From NCBI GenBank assembly GCA_011109175.1, contig RDEW01000012.1, forward strand, positions 516,762-580,761: 64,000 nt of DNA. The letters are read 5' to 3'. Positions within the stretch are counted from its first letter, which is position 1. Each line of letters opens with the position of its first letter. The notes beneath the pieces are model-generated. The model ran no database searches, had not been told where the DNA came from, and worked only from the letters and a program-made list of their open reading frames with translations. Positions 62,847 through 64,000 of the stretch are shown one piece after another. A program made the position numbers and the translations under genes. This stretch comes from Dicyema japonicum (lineage: Eukaryota > Animalia > Dicyemida).

Positions 62847-64000
62847 ATGGATGTTGACTATTTTGCCTCTGGTCGTGTTTATTATTATTACATTTAAGGA
62901 GTCGATTTTTCTGATAATAAGGAGGATTACGATGAAATAACATCAGAAATATGGCAAGAAGCTTGCTGGATTGTTATCAGCGCCTATTTTGAGGAGAAAG
63001 GACTCGTTCGCCAGCAGCTCGACTCCTTCGACGAGTTTATCCAAATGTCTGTCCAACGAATCGTTGAGGAAACCCCACCAATTGAATTAAAAGCAGAATC
63101 AAAGCATAATCCCGATCAGGATGAGACCCAAGTACTTATAATGGCTAACTAAGATAAAATACGTGATAAGATTCGGCCAAATTTACCTTTCCCGGCCAAC
63201 CCATTGGGAAAAGGAGGGCAACGCAGTCCAAATGTTGCCAAACGAGGCCCGACTTCGTAATCTGACATATTCTGCCCCCATTTACGTAGACATCACCAAA
63301 ACGTGCTTTCAGGACGACGTGGAGATCAGTAGTAATACCCACACCAAAGTCTTCATCGGGAGGGTCCCCATAATGCTCCGAAGTGCTTATTGTCTGCTCA
63401 ACAACCTTTCAGCACGTGACTTGATTGAGCTGAAGGAGTGTCCCCTGGACCCTGGGGGCTACTTTATCGTGAATGGTTCTGAGAAGGTGATCATTGCCCA
63501 GGAAAAGATGGCCTCCAATAACGGTGAGGGTTCTTTTTTACCAAAGTTTACGTTTTCCAGCAGAAGGATTCTAAGTACAGCTACAAGGCTGAGGTACGGT
63601 GTGCCATGGAGAACTCGAGTCGCCCTACGTCGACTCTGTGGGTTAATATGCTGGCACGTGGAGGACAGGGGACCAAGAAGAGTGTTATAGGACAGAGGAT
63701 AGTGGCCACGTTACCATATATTAAACAGGAGATCCCAATCATGGTGGTCTTCCGTGCTCTGGGATTTGTTTCAGATCGTGACATCCTCGAACACATCATC
63801 TATGACTTTGACGATCCCGAAATGATGGAGATGGTAATTCCATGATTTATCGCAGCTCAAACCTTCCCTGGACGAAGCATTCGTCATACAACATCAAAGT
63901 GTTGCTCTTAACTTTATTGGAACACGTGGGGCCCACCCAGGGGTCACTAAGGAGAAGAGGATCAAATACGCACGTGAGATATTACAGAAAGAAGTGCTTC
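62847..64000 (+). CDS. POLR2B: RNA polymerase II second-largest subunit, 5' part (runs off the window)
   Basis: [82 protein letters not shown]; introns of 27, 22, 23 and 22 nt. Confidence 0.98.

Overview
AT-rich eukaryotic genomic DNA from a metazoan with extremely short (about 21-30 nt, mostly 22-23 nt) GT-AG spliceosomal introns. A metazoan-type nuclear receptor combined with this intron size points to a dicyemid (Dicyema-like) genome; this is an inference. Compact host genes (RPL37A, DMAC2, NDUFS3, a thyroid-hormone-receptor-like nuclear receptor, MRPS18B, CCDC24-like, IQCD/DRC10, XAB2, a formin, a RING finger gene, the 5' part of POLR2B, and several orphan multi-exon genes) are interspersed with decayed transposable elements. 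These include LINEs (Jockey/I-like, RTE, R4/NeSL-like, CRE), a tRNA-derived SINE, very short TSD-flanked retroposons, hAT, pogo/Tigger, MULE, IS630/Tc1 and Ginger/TDD-like integrase DNA transposons. Most notable observations: (i) a family of TGT...ACA inverted-repeat elements with 5-bp TSDs, one encoding an integrase and one carrying an internal LINE segment, plus a related integrase gene that appears to contain host-style micro-introns; (ii) near-identical 22-nt introns in unrelated host genes; (iii) a Tigger>MULE>CRE nest; (iv) a TR-like receptor with a highly divergent ligand-binding domain. All alignments and exon models were done by eye, so boundaries are approximate unless a TIR, TSD or splice site is quoted.
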